Notes: generated from the sequence alone by a model not told the origin. Positions 38,011-52,035 are shown, counted from the first letter of the stretch. The stretch is 64,000 nucleotides of DNA from Mantamonas sphyraenae STR306 (GCA_026936335.1 JAPMXV010000053.1:1-64000), one strand, 5' to 3'. Translations and numbers: made by a program.

Positions 38011-41000
38011 ATGTCCACTGCAGCCGAGACCGCAGCAACACAAGCGACAGCGAGCAGTAGCAACAGCGTCGACACGAGCAGTGTGGATAGTGTCACGCAA
38101 CACATGATTTCCCTGTGCAGCGGAGTCGTCGAAAAGCCGTACTCGATTGCCGACGAAGCTGCCCGGCTCACTCTCACCGTACGAGGCGAGTGCAGCCAGC
38201 ACGAGCAGCAACTGGATCCGAACGAAGAGAAACTCAAGCATCTCGTGGACGTGTTTGTGGACAATGATCTGGACACAGGTGTGCGCGTGGTGAGTGGTTC
38301 GAGTGTTTGTTTCAAGCGCCCATCCTTCGCCCTCGGCAATGTCCACGTGCCTCTTTCCGGTCGCAGCTTTTCCGCTGCCAGGTCTGTGCACGGGGACTCA
38401 GCTGTGGCCATGTGTCTCTCCCTGGATTGCCGACACTATATAGTGCACGGTCAAGTACATTGCAATTGCGCGTGATGGCATGCACTGACACATACGCCGA
38501 ACACGTTGCCTGGCCTCCGCCGCAATTGTGTACGCCGCGAAAAGACGGCCTCCGTGTTTCTGCGACACTACTTTGTGCACGAGTGGAAACACTACCGAGT
38601 GGAAATCCACCAGCACATGCTCACCGTGGTCATCCCCAAGCTCGAGGAGCTCCTGGACAACCAAGACACCCTGCTTCGCCGCGCAGCCGCTGGCCTGATC
38701 GGCCGAGTCCTCGTCGCCGTCGGCGCCAGCCACGCACACACAGAGATCATGCATTTTACCCAATCACTGCAAACGCGTGCAGAAGACCTCGCTTGGATTG
38801 ATGGCGTCACCTATATGCTCACAGACGTGAGTTTTTCACAGCGCTCTGCTGCGCGAGTCTCGTTCTCGGCCACATACTCACACCACCTGGATCTCGCATG
38901 GTTCGCTGTGCACAGCTATGCGACGAGTCGGACGAGTCGTTGCAGCAGTACTTTGATCAGAACGCAGCAAGCACATTCCAAAATCTTCTGGCCGAGCCCA
39001 TCTTTTCGCTGTTGGATCACGACAATCTGAGTATTCGCCTCAACGCTGTGCGCTGTCTCAACGGCGTGCTTGCCAGCGTCGTTGCGTTTGATTCTCACAT
39101 TTTCAACACCGCACGTACGAAGCTGGCCAAGCTGTTCCGTGTGCTGGATGCACAAGGCGAGGAGGTGAATCCCAGTGCCCTGCTGGAAGGGGCCGTCCTC
39201 AGCATCCCCGACGATTGGCACACAGACGAGACCAATCACGATCTCATCTCCTCCATTTGCCTCATGAGTGCGGCCCTGCTCGCTGTGGGTGACCCCCACG
39301 ACGAGGCCTGGTCCGAGGTGCACAAGCGCATTCTTCTGTTTGCCGGCACCGTGTACTGCAACAACTCAAACGTGTTTGTCAAGAGTGAAGCGGGCGAGGT
39401 CTTGCTCGACTTTTTTGCCAACCTGCCCTATGGCCCCGTGTTTTTCCCGTTCCTCTCTGCCATCATGGAAAACACCAAGCCCGGCGGCGTGGGCGACCTG
39501 ACCACAATGCGTGCCATGGAAGGCCCCGCCTCCATCGCCCTTACCGACAGCATAGAGTCGGTGAGCAACTCTGCGAATCAGCCAAGCAGCAGCGGACACA
39601 GCAGTGGAGGTGCCGGTGCACAGGATATCGACGCAGACGTCGAGATGTCCTCGTCCTCGTCCTCGTCTTCCTCGTCCTCTTCCACGAGTCGAGAGGATGG
39701 CGAGGCTGACGGTGCAGCAACCCTTCTCACTGTCCCCGCAGAGACTGTTCTGGAGTACATCCTGCCGCATCTCAACGTGTACGAAATGATCGCGTTGGGC
39801 AACACATGCTCAAGCATGCGCTCAGTGTGCTCGCGCCCCATGGCCTGGAAAGAGCAGTTTGAGCGCACGTTTGGACCCGTGAACGATGAGCTACTGCACT
39901 ACAAAGCAGGCCACGACTGGAGGCGCCAATTTGTGCTGGCCGCCTCCAACTCGGACCACACGCAGTTTGGCGTGCGCCCGCTGTCCGCAGGATCCATGGC
40001 CATCCTGTTCAACCTCAGTGACGCACTCGTGATGAGCGGTAGTTTGGAATCGCTCAGCATGGAAGGTTTCATGCAGCTGGTCAAAGCCATCAACAGCAAA
40101 ATTACCAAGTACCTTGTGTACGACGAGAAAGAGACTCCCGAGGAGGAGCGGCTCACATGGCAAGAACGGTGCATTGGCCCATGCGTGATTGCTTCCATGC
40201 CGCGCGTGCTGGAAGTCGTGCTCATGCGCAGCCCTCCTGCGCGTGCCCGCTTCCACAACCTTTACCTACCCGCCCTCATGGACGCATTCACCGACATGGA
40301 GCAGCCGGTTGCACTCATGGAAGCCAAGATGACGGCCATTGCGCAGTTGATGCAGGTGCTGAATCCCAACGACTACGTGAAGCTCGAAATGGTGGACTTT
40401 CCCGCACAGTGGGTCCAGGCTGCCGTCAAGCACATGGAGGAGTGGATGGAGATGGGTGGCTCGCCTCGTCACTTGCGCGTCGCCATGGAGTCCATTTTCA
40501 CGGCTGTGCCCCACATGGGAATGTTCCTGTACTCGACCGACTCCATCGGTTTGCTCGAACAATACTTCGTGTCTCTGGTCGTCGACGACGACGTGAGCAA
40601 GGCCGAACTCGCGTGCTTGTCGTTGAAAGCCATGACGGAAGCCGATACGGTGACGGGAAGCAACCCTGTGGTCACGACGATGATGCAGATGCTGGCAAGC
40701 CTGAGCAGTGGCGGCGTGCAGTCCATGTCGAACCAAACCAAGCGAATTGTGAGCCTATACTTGGAGGCCCTCACCCCTGTCGTGAGTGATTCACTGCTGG
40801 AAGAGTTTGGGGTGGACATGCTCAAGGTGTTGGCCAACTTGGTGGTGAACATTGAGGTGCAAACCAGCACGGAGGTGCTGGATGACGATTGGACGCCAGA
40901 GCACATCAAGGTGCCCGATTTGACCAATGTGGTGTTTACACTCACCGACGAGGAGGATCCAGAGGACATGCTGCTGCCCGAGCAGCTTTCGGATCACAAT

Positions 41001-42233
41001 GACCTGCTGGGCATGCTGTTGGACTGCATGTATGCGTTGCTCCAGTCCATGGTGCGTGCTACGGCCGAGGAAATGCTGGACCCGCAGGTGTTTGAACCGT
41101 CGCAGTACATGGATGTAGACAAGGTGATGGACGTGGTGGAGAGGGCGTTGGACTCGAAGGAGGAGAGCGTGGTGCAATCTGCGCTGGAGATGCTGGGCAC
41201 CATGGGCAAGTTCTTTCCGGCTGTTGTGCAGCCACACGCAGACAAGTACTTGCTCAAGGTGCTCCGCACAGTGGTACTGTCCACCAACCCCATGCTGGTG
41301 TCCAACTCGGTGTGGGTGCTCGCCGAATGGTACAACCGCAGCTCGCTGGGGAGCGCGCCGCAACTGGCCAACCACTTGAACAATGTCATCCGCGCGTCCC
41401 TGTATCTCCTTACGACCCCGATGGGCATCATGCATCGCGTGTCCAACAATCTGACAATGCTCCTGGGCGTGCTGATGTTGAACAACGCAGATCAGGTTCC
41501 GCAACAGGCTTCCGTGACTCGTTTCCTGGCGGTGCGCTGCACCTTCCTGTGCGCTGTCTCGTCATCGGCGGTGGGCGATGCAGAAATGCGCAGCTGCATG
41601 AAGGGCACCTTCTCGGCAATCGCGCACAACCCGCACTTTTATCTGGCGATGCCGCCCGGGATGCAGCACAAACTGTTTGAAGAGTTTGCCTTTGCGATGA
41701 TGGACTTTATGGACGCCACAGTGAACGGTGTTGTGACGCCACCAGAGATCGAAGGCGAGCTTGTGCACATGTGCAGCATGCTGAACGCGCTGCGCGCTCA
41801 GCAGGCGTCCAACGTGGACGCCCACGCATACGAGATTATTTTGCAGATGCTGCTGGAAACACTGCCTCTGGACACTGCCATCATCAACACACAAGGCTTC
41901 ACGCCTGCATATCTCAAACAGGTCGTGTCGAACACTGAGGCCTTTGCAGAAGGAGACGAAGGTTTGGATTCGTGGCCGGATATGCAGCAGCTCATGGCAG
42001 AATTTGGTGAGGCCCTCAATAATGATCATTATCCTGGGATGCCTGGGATGCCTGGGATGCCTGGAATGCCTCCACAGATGGGATTCCCGGCGTGGAATCA
42101 AGATCTGTCGCAAGAGTCGCAATTTAACAACCCGGCATTGGGAGCAACCGACCAAGACGACGCCGAGCTGTACGGAGATAGTGAAGATGAGGAAGATGAA
42201 GAGGAAGAGGAGGAAGAGTCTGCGTGGGATTGA
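38011..42233 (+). CDS. Divergent transportin-1/karyopherin-beta2-like HEAT protein with an inserted F-box; join(38011..38289,38545..38826,38916..42233)
   Basis: Colinear resemblance to transportin HEAT repeats: DGVTYMLTD|LCDES, LLDHDNLSIRLNAVRCLN, VRPLSAGSMAIL, VVQSALEMLG, VSNSVWVLAE, NNLTMLLGVL. F-box LLTVPAETVLEYILPHL..LGNTCSSMRSVC..W. Confidence 0.75.
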
Positions 42234-42289
42234 ATGAGTGAAGGGTTCCGCCCCACCCCCCAACAGAACAAACCTTTGCTGCAACACAA

Positions 42290-44694
42290 ATGGACCAGGT
42301 GAGTGTGTCTTGCACAAGAAAGGGAACATGGGTGCGGTAGCATGCTTTGGTGGCGCTGACACAAACTGGTGGTGTTCAGGACTCACTGCTGCAGTATGCG
42401 CTCACAAAGCTGCTGGGCAGGTTCCTGAACAATGAGTTGGAACCCGGCCAGTTGAGTGTGCAGATGGCTGACGGCACCGTCCACATGCGAGATCTCGATC
42501 TAAACACCAGTGTAAGTGGAACCATTGTCGGTACAGTGTGTGAAAGTGAGCGCATAAGTAAGAAAGGGCGTGCAAAAGGCAGGCCCATTTTGCTGACTGG
42601 GTTTTTGGCAATCCTTCCGTCCACGAATACGCAGGTTTGGAACGAAATGATGGCGCGACAGCCTGTTCATCTGCTGTGGGGCTACTTTGGAAGCGTGAGA
42701 GCACACATCCCGTGGCGCAGCCTAGACTCGGAGAGCTGTCGCGTAGAGATTGAAGGTGCTCACTTCCACGTGGCCGTGGAACAAACCCACCCGGATGGCA
42801 ATCAGACCTCGTCCAAGGAGTACGGTAAGTGAACGAGAGCGAAACGTACAAAGAGTGTGCACACTTTCGCGAGCTTTGTGATAGGGCGTGTCTGCACCCA
42901 GTGGTGCGTGCGGTGGCTAACCCGTCGGCGTTGCTCTCCGTTGCGTGTCCTGTGCAGTGAAAGCGATTCTGGAGACGACACTGCAGGACCAAGGTCAGTA
43001 CGAGCTAGACAGGGAACAAGAAGAGTCACCCATGGATGAGGAGTCACCCTTTGCGTTTGGAGACGACGACGAAGACGTGGACGCTGAGGCGGAAGGACAG
43101 GCACGACGAACAAACAGGGCACGAGTACGAGCCAAGCACGGGGCAGGAGCCGTGGAGACACTCATGCAGGCGCTGGAGCAGGCGGTGTACAAAGCGGAGT
43201 TGCATCTGAAGGACGTGACGGTGCAGGTGGAGGTGCAGGACGGAAACGAAACGCACTACCTCGCCGTCCACCTGGACGAGCTCCATCTGCACGATAAGAC
43301 GGGAGGAGGAGGAAGCAGTGTTACCAACGGCGGTGGTACACGTGGAGTGTCATATGGCCTTGGAAGTGCAGTTTTGCGCAAGGACGTCCGCTTTCGCGGC
43401 CTCAGCGTACACACCGCAAACTCCGCCGTCGAGGGGGTACAGAAGGCACAAAGCAGTGCAAAGGATCCAACCATTCTGGAAGATGTCTTTGGCAGCCAAG
43501 GCGACGAGGAAAACGTGCAGGTGTTCACAGAGGCGACGGGAGAAGACTCGGATGACGACGAGTCTTTGGAATCGTACGACGACGACGACGACGATGAGGA
43601 GGTGTTTGAGGACGCGACGGATGACGTGATCTGGGCCAATCTGCCGAGTAGCACAAAGAAACGGTGGTCGTGCGTGTCGCGGGGCACGATGGTGCTGGCG
43701 ACGGATCCAAGCGTGGAGGAGCTGATTTCGCTCAAGATCCGACGCCCTGGGGTGCAGTCGTTCACGATCCCGTTTGTGGAAGCAGATGCGTCGCTGGATA
43801 GTCTGTTTGCCATGGTGACTGCGAACGAAGCAAAGCGCCTGGGGGCTATTCTGGCGCTGATCGGACAAGCCATTCGGGACAAGCAGGCCACGGTGCAGTG
43901 GCACGACCAGGAAGGAGACGGAAATGGCGTTTCCGGCGCAGCAGACGTGGTCGTGTCTAGCCGCAAACCAATCCACACACCGACGAAGGAGCAGCGCAGC
44001 AACGAGGCGAGCTCGTCGCCTGCCCGCGAGGACGTGCTCGGAGAAGGCGTGGTCAGCAGTCGTATGCTGGGTTCGAGCATGATTTCCATTGCCGGGTTGG
44101 GACCCATGGGCGGTGGAGAGAACACGACAGAACGCAGGCAACAGGCGGGAGGGAGCGACGAAGGCGGAGTGCCAGGTGCTTCCCAGGTGTTGCACTCGAT
44201 AACTGTGCGTGCAGCAACGATGATGGTGTTGCTTGTGAGCGACAGCGTTGGAGCAAGCGAGAAGGAGGAAGAGTACAGCGAGGCGCTGGAAGCCCGAGCT
44301 GCACGCAACCGAGAGCGTACATTGGCATGGGGTGCGCTCTTGGACCGCGGCATTGACCAGACGGGGGAAACACATGAGTTTTTTGCGTGCCACACGTTTG
44401 CTCTTCATCTACGGCGGCTGTTTGTGAAAGCGGTGAACTTGGCTGGGCAGGATCGGATGCAAGTGCGCGTTCAGGACGCATGGATGGATGAGTATGTGTA
44501 TACGGATGCATACGGAGCCGATGCTGCCGACGGGCGCTGGGAGGGGGACAGTGCATACCTGAAGCAGAGCATCTTTCGATTCGGCAAGCTGGATGTCGAG
44601 AAACCGGCTGGCGAGGACGATTTGGATGCTGAGCTGGACGTGCTTACGGGTAGTTTGGGTAGCGCTACATATGTGAGATCGGGGGAGAATCAAC

Positions 44695-44727
<33 letters not shown>

Positions 44728-47700
44728 GTTCGGCCCAAAACCTGATGATGAACTTTGTGAGCGAGCATTCAAACAGCGGTTCAGGGAACCGCGTGAGGAA
44801 CACCAACACGAAACTTGGTGTTCAGCTTGCACCTGTGCTGTTTTTCTTTGACGGGCGATCGATTGAACGGCTCCAGCCGTTCCTGGGTCCCGGCCAGGGC
44901 GATGTGTTGAGCAACGTGCAAACAGAACTCGTTGGCGGGCAGCCTGAGAGCTCTCCAGGTGGGTCTCGAAGCAGCAGCCAGGGCGCAAAGATGGAGACGA
45001 CAGAGGATGGCGGGATAACTCTGGAGCTCGAGTCGGAGAGCGAAAGCGACTCGGCGATGTTCACCCCTGTGGGTGGTGAGAAGGAGGCTCGGCATGTATC
45101 TTTCCACATGAGTCAGATGGACATCCTACAGGACCTTGAGGAACGAAGCCAGGCCGCGGAACGAGCAGAGGCCCAGGCTGAAAAACAGCGCGGAAGCGCC
45201 GCAGGGCGTTCGCGGCGTCGTGTGTACAAACGGCTTACGTCGATGCAAGTACAGTGCGCAAAGGTCCAATTTGTCATGCGTGTGGCGTTGAAACCGCAGA
45301 TGAGGTACCGGAGCCATGATATGGCCATGGCAGTTGTTATGAACGAAACGCGTGCGCGAACTCAGTGGACGGAAGCACAGCTTGTGAAGCTGCACTGGGA
45401 TGTCGTCGTCGACACCATGGGCATGTACCTGTTGCAAGGGTCTGGCGTGGCGCAGGAACGCAAGACGCCGTTCCTGAATGCCCAAGGGATGTACGGTGGC
45501 GATGGACGCTGGAACGAGCCCGAGTTTGCCCTGGATTTGGTGTTTGACCACGATGCTGTGGCGCGGCAAAAGCAAAGCGGGGACGACAGGACAGTACACA
45601 TTCGCACTGGGCAGAATCAAAGCAGCAGCAGCAGCAGCAGCGGCGGCAACAACAACAAAAGTGGTCGCGGTGGTGGAGATGGAGACGTACTGGAGTCGGA
45701 CTCGGACAGCGAGCTGTGGGAGGAAGAGAGCGAGGAGAGCGAGGAGAGCGATGGAGACAGTGTGGAGGACAGTGGCAGCGTCAAAAGGACTCGGCGCACG
45801 GGCCGCCGGTTCGGTGAGCAGCCGATCACACACAACGCGCTTCTGGAAGATGAAGAGGGCCGCAACAGCCTGGAGGAACTTGTGGGGAGGTGCATGGGAC
45901 ATTCAGACTATGCAGTCGACGCCACGTTGCCACGCGTGGACATTGACCTGAACAAGCGCGAATACGACGCGCTGATGGTGTTGATCGACCTTTTGTCGTA
46001 CACACAGAGCGAAATCAACAAGCGCAAGCTGAGCGCAGAGTTTGAGCCTGTGGAAAGCGAAGCGGGAGTGGGCAGTGGCATGGAAGCAGGGCAGGAGGTT
46101 GGAACGATGCAAGACATTGTGAAATCGCAGGAGCAGGAAGAGCCGGCGGGTGGAATGCGGCTGTGGGAGCAACGAGAAGAGCTGTCGAGCGGTACGAGCC
46201 GCGGGAGCGAGGAATGGGACGATGGGGAACAAAGCGAGGATGAACTGCAAGGGCTGAGCGCAGCGATGGGATCCGCGATGGCAGGCAGCATGCACAGGGT
46301 GGATGCGGAAGGGGAAGGGAAGCGTGCATGGTCACGAGCGTCGTCACGAGCGTCGTCTCGTGCCACGTCACCCACATCGCAAGCCACATCGACTTTCCTA
46401 GACTCGTTGCGCGAGTCGATGGACTTTGGTGCATCTGTGTCCAACTTCAAGCAACAGCACGGCCTGGACGGGGAGGAATTGGAGTGGCAGGAGAGCTTGC
46501 CGAGCATGCTGAGCCTGCGTGTGCACAGCCGGTTGGTTGGCATGCGGTTGGAGGAAACGAAACACTGGAGTCGCGAGCGGCGGCTGAACGGGTATGAGGT
46601 GATGCTGCAGAACGTAGACATGTTCCAGGTGGCACAGTTGCAGCAGCAGGAGTGCAACCACCTGTACATCGAGGCTGAGGAGATCGATTTGATTGAGACC
46701 ATTGACGCGCCTGGAATCGGCCCTGCGCAAACTCTGAGCACGCTGCATATGTGTGTGCCTGAGCACAGCTCACGCGGATTGTCTGTGGCATACATTGTGC
46801 ACACTCCGTTGGCACGCATCAAGGACGTGACGGTGGACATTACCTTTCGCGGTCTGTTGCTGGAACATCACAGTGGCTCCGAGTGGCTGTTCCACTTGAT
46901 CGACTTTATGGTTGCCCCGGACGAGGCGGAGCTGCTGGAAGGGGACGATGACGAGGAGGGGGAGAGTACAGGGGCCGAGGCGGCAGTTGGAGCCGGTGCG
47001 GGCGCAGAAGCGGTGGTGGACGACGAGGACGACGAGGAAGACGAAGACGACGAAGACTCGCGCATTGTGACGACCAAGATTGATGTGCTGTTTGAAAACA
47101 CGTCGATCCAGTACCACCCATACCGGTTCTGGGACGCGTGCACGATTGTGGTGCTGGACCAGTTCCGTGTGACCACGACGCTGGTTCGTTCGGTGCCCAT
47201 TCTAAAGCTGCACTTGTTGGGAACTCGCATCTCCGTGCTGCTCATCGACGACATTGGCGCGTTGACCGAAGTTGAGGAAGGGCAGGAGCGCGTGGGACTA
47301 CGCACGTATTGGGGTGACCATGGCTTTGTGCACATGGCCGACATCGACCTGGCGAACGTGGTGCTCACGCGCACGAAATTGATGGGTCCAACACACCCGG
47401 CGATGACAATTGAGCTTGTGAGCGAGATGAACGTGGACGTGTACTCGTGCGCAGACTCGTTCCAGACGCTGCTGGGTCTGTTTCTGCACTGGTTCAACTC
47501 GCGAGACATCATGCTGAAGTTTCCCGAGGAGTATGTCAGCGCCATGGTGCAGGAGAGCATGCGCGACGACGCAGGCGCTGGAAACGTGGAGCTGCAGGTG
47601 AACCTGGAACAGCTGGATGCTCAACATCGATCTGCGCTGGTGCAAGAGGTGGATGCGTCTGGGATCAACGATCAGCCTGTGAAACGAATCCGAGGGGATG

Positions 47701-50087
47701 CCATGGCCGGCCGAGGCGTGGTTGTGGATGACTACATGCCACAGGCACGTGGCGCGGCTGGAAGAAACAGTCGCAACAAGGACGAGCAGGAAGCCGGAGA
47801 TGACAACATGTCGGTGGTGTCGTTCGATGGAAGTGTTGCATCATCAGGGAACGCCTTGGGCATGATTCTGATCGATGAGTACGACGCAAGAAGTGCATCG
47901 GACACCAGATCGGACAGGCCTTCGGGAGGCCTCTCACCACAAGTCTCCACGCATGCAAGAAACGGCAAGGCGGGCCAGGAGGAAGAATCGTTGATTGATG
48001 TGGACTGGAACTTTTTCGATCGGCGAACTGCGGCCGCACTTGAGGACAAGGCACGAGGTGCGGAAGTGCCACGCGCACAGGCGTCAAGTGACGTCAAGCG
48101 AGGCAAAAGTGTGCTGGTTGGAAAGGAGGGGGCACACTTTGCAGAGGTGGACGCAGCAGGATTTGGCGTGGTGACTGCTGGGCAAGCAGCACCATCTCAG
48201 CGGAAGGGAGCCGGCTCGTATGTGGACACGCAAAGATACTTGTTGTATGAAGATGAGGAACAAGGAGTGTACGTGTTGCTTGACGACGATGTATTGGCGC
48301 AGAGCAGCCGGGCCAAGGGGTCTGCGTCGCACCGTACATCGAGCCGGCGAGCGCGAAAGCGTGCGGCCAAACGTCGCCGACAACGGGCAGCGCGAGCAGC
48401 TCGGCGCAAGAGAGAGCGAGCGATGAGTAGCAGTAGCAGCAGCGGAGGGAGCAGCAGCAGTGGCAGCAGTGGTGGAGGATACTCGAGCGATGAGCTTGCG
48501 CCGGAAAGGTATGTGAACTTTGATCCGGAGAACATGGGATTCGATTTGTGTGCGTTTGTGCGCGAGTATTACATTACCAAGCCACACCCGCTGGAGGAGA
48601 GCAAGACGGATTTGCCCGCACGGTATCCGAACCCAGTGGCGCAGTTCTCGCTGCAGGGAATCAACGTGTCGTGGCGCATGTACGATGGCCTGGATTGGGG
48701 CGAGCGGTCGCAAGTCGGTCTCCAAACCATCGACACAAGTGCAGTTGTGCCGCAGGCACGTGAGCGGCAGGAAGAAGAAGGAGGTGAGGACGACGACGAC
48801 GGAGGCAAGAGAAAGGCGGAAACCGGGGAAGCCGAGTTTGTGACGGTGGACACCGAGGCATCGAGCATCAAGCGCACACGGGACACTGAGAACCACTTGC
48901 GAGTGGACATTGGGAACCTGGGAGTGATGGTGTACGAATTTGAACCTGGGCTGCTGTATGTGTCGCGGCTTGTTGTGACGATGGAGACGCTGTATGTGGA
49001 GGACTGTGTGAGCACATCACACTGGAAGGGGATGGTGGACAACTGGAAGGCAACGGCATGGCCGCGAGACCCCGGTGCGCCGCAGTTCCGCATGGAGATG
49101 GACACGGTGAAACCAAACGGACCGAATGGGAGCAAGGAAACAAGGCTGAAGCTTGCGCTGATGCCGCTGCGCGCACGTGTGGATCAGGACGCGCTGGACT
49201 TGTTGATTCGCAGCGTGACGTTCCCCAGTGCGCCCGTTATTGTGCCGTCTGGGTACCAGGAGAGCGAGGCGTACTTCCAGTTGTTCAAGTTCCGGCAGAT
49301 GCACGTCAAGGTGGACTACAAACCGAAGCATGTGCAGTACAGCCAGCTGCACTCGCAACCGGCCGAGGCCGTCAAGCTGCTCATCCTGGAAGGGGCCGAG
49401 TTTGACCTGGCCCCAATCCATGCCAACGGATTGACGGGCTGGGATGGAGTGCTGGAAGCCATGGTGGACACCTGGGTGCCGCATATCACGTCAACCCAGG
49501 TGTATCAGTACCTGTCGGCTGTGCAGCCGATCCGATCCTTTGTTCGTTTGTCGCAAGGGGTGGCAGACCTGGTTGTACTTCCTGTGCAGCAGTATCGCAA
49601 GGACCAGCGTCTGGTCAAGGGATTGCAGATGGGCACGCGTTCATTTTTGAAGACGGTGACGATGGAGGCCATCAATATCACCAACCAGATGGCTGTGGGT
49701 GCACAGACACTGTTGGAAGGCGTGGATGGCTACCTGGAAGGCTCCAGCGGCGGCGAGGCGAACGAAGCACAGAACTCGTCGTCCAGTTCGTCGCGAAGCA
49801 GGTATGCACGCCAACCTCTGTCGACGAGAGAGGGCATGAATGCAGCGTATGACAGCGTGGCGCGTGGACTGGATGACGCTGCGAGAACAGTGTATTTCGT
49901 GCCGCTGGAACAGTACCGAAAGGAGGGCGTGGGCAGCGCGGTGGGATCTCTGGTGAAGGGCGTGCCTGTGGCAGTGATCAAACCGATGATTGGCGTGTCG
50001 GAGGCTCTGTCCAAGGCGTTGTTGGGCATGCGCAACCACCTGGATCCGGAGCTTCAGTCAGAGGTGGCGGCCAAGTACAAGCGCTGA
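42290..50087 (+). CDS. ATG2: Autophagy-related protein 2; join(42290..42298,42380..42511,42635..42824,42958..50087)
   Basis: Chorein-N (LQYALTKLLGRFL, IPWRSL), CADSFQTL, PLRARVDQDAL, VDYKPK and the ATG_C region (KPMIGVSEALSKALLGMRNHLDP..KYK). Confidence 0.93.
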
Positions 50088-50105
50088 CGGATGGGGAGTG
50101 CAAAT

Positions 50106-51969
50106 TCATTCGTTCGCGGCAACCAAGACGATTTCAGAGCACTTTTCGTAGACGCGACGGTACAGCTTGTGCCAATCGAGGAGGTCGCCGCGGACGCGAG
50201 CAAAGTCCACCATTTTGAGCTCTTTGGTCATGAGGTAGATAGTCACAGTAAAGTTGAGAGAGCCCTTGTTGGTACTGGTGGAACATTTGAAGGTGTAACT
50301 GTTGTCATCGAGTTCGTACTGTGTGGAAAACTCGTCAAGGATGTTGCTGACGGTGCGGATGATGTCCTCGACCTCGCACTCTGAGGAAAACTTGGTGAGG
50401 CGTTTGACCTTTTCGGTTTTTGCACCCCCCTGAAGCATGCGCGAAAGGTCAAACGCACCAGACATGGAGATGAGGTCAAAGGCAGTGAGTTTGAGCGGGC
50501 CAGAGGAGCTGCTTGAGGAAGACTCTGTGCTCATCTGCTCCTCCTCGGCCTCTTCAAACTCTGTGTCCTCCTGCACTTGCTCCTTGAGTAGCTCGACATC
50601 GTCTTGTTTGTCCTCTTGCGGAGAGTACTTGCTGTAGATTCGGGGTGAAAGGGAACAGGAGGGCGCGGGTCAGCGAGAGGAAAGCGAAAACGGTGTTGTC
50701 GCACCAACCAGCGAAGCACATACACTTGGAACCACGGGTGCTCCTTGATATCTTGTAAGGTGGCTCTGTTTTGCGGTTCCGGATCGAGAATCATCGCGAG
50801 GAGTTCTGCGGCGTGTAGCAAGGGGACAGCGACAAAGAAGGGTGTCAGGACGCACGGGGAGGGAGAGATGTGAGGATGGCAGGAGGGGGATGGGGAGGAC
50901 AGGAGGACATACCTCGTGTCTCGTTGCTGAACCAAGGTGGACACTTGTAGTCGGCCTCTTCAATCTTGCGGAAAAGTTCGTCGGTGTTGGATTCTTCAAA
51001 GGGAAGGACTTGGGGACGGGCGAAGGACGGGGTTAGGGTGAGTGTGTATGTGGCAAAAGGGAAATGGGAAACGAGTGACAGGGTGGATGGGGCAGGCACA
51101 CACGTACAACCAGCGAGAAATACATACAGGATGACGCCACAAGACCAAATGTCTGCTGCGGCGCCATCGTAGCCGCTGTGGCTGAGCACTTCAGGGGCAA
51201 CGTAGTTGGGTGTGCCACAGGTGGTGGTGAGCAGGTAGTCGCTATTTTCGCCTTGCTGGAGGGCTGACAGGCCAAAGTCACTGATCTTCAGCGTGCCGTC
51301 CTCATCCAAGAGCAAGTTCTCGGGCTTGAGGTCGCGGTGAAACACCCCCTGGCGATGGCAGTACTCCACACCCTCTATCAGCTGCTGGAAGTACTTTCGG
51401 CTCGTGTCCTCGCTGAAGCGTCCCTCGTTGACTGGAGGGTAGGGTGGTGCATGAGGAGCAAGGGTGCACGTTGCTGAGGGTGTGAGGCCAAGTGCCAGGA
51501 ACGGTCGTGCGCAAACCGGAAAAAAACGCAGGGGCGGTAGAGTCGGATGGAGAGAAGGCAGGGAGGAGGAAATCAAGTCGGTTGCGATTTGGAACAGATG
51601 GGCATGGGTGGCAACGGCGTGGTGGCAGATTGGGAAAGAGGGGGAACCCGTGGTGGGGTGGACCAACGTACCAAGTTTGTAAAAGAGCTCGCCACCGTTG
51701 ACCAGCTCCATGACGAGATAGATCTTTGTGTGGGAGACAAGGACGTCCAAGAGGTTGACGACGTGACGCTGTCGGATGAGTTTCATGATTGAGATCTCCT
51801 TCTTGATCTGCTCGCTCATGTTCTGCTGGAGAATCATCTTTTTGTCGAGAATCTTTATGGCCACGGGTTGGTTGCTCTGTGTGTCGACGGCATACTTGAC
51901 CTTACCAAAGGTGCCTGTGCCAAGCACCCGTCCGAGGTTGTACTTGCCAACCCGCTTGATCACGGACAT
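50106..51969 (-). CDS. CBL-interacting (CIPK-like) kinase; complement(join(50106..50631,50724..50805,50913..51008,51108..51431,51672..51969))
   Basis: RVGKYNLGRVLGTGTFGKVK, EQIKKEISIMK, HRDLKPEN, TTCGTPNYVAPEV, GYDGAAADIWSCG, and NAF-like LTAFDLISMSGAFDLSRM. Four in-phase introns. Confidence 0.92.
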
Positions 51970-52035
51970 GCGGCCAGTGACAACGAACGGGACCCGGGAA
52001 ACGTTGCGCCGCGGGACGCAACACCGTCCCCGTGC

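Noticed and set aside
1862-47560. Long antisense or alternate-frame ORFs (for example 1862-3892, 7085-9652, 33405-35720, 43256-44395)
   Set aside because: These are shadow ORFs of real genes in GC-rich, codon-biased DNA, with no recognisable motifs.
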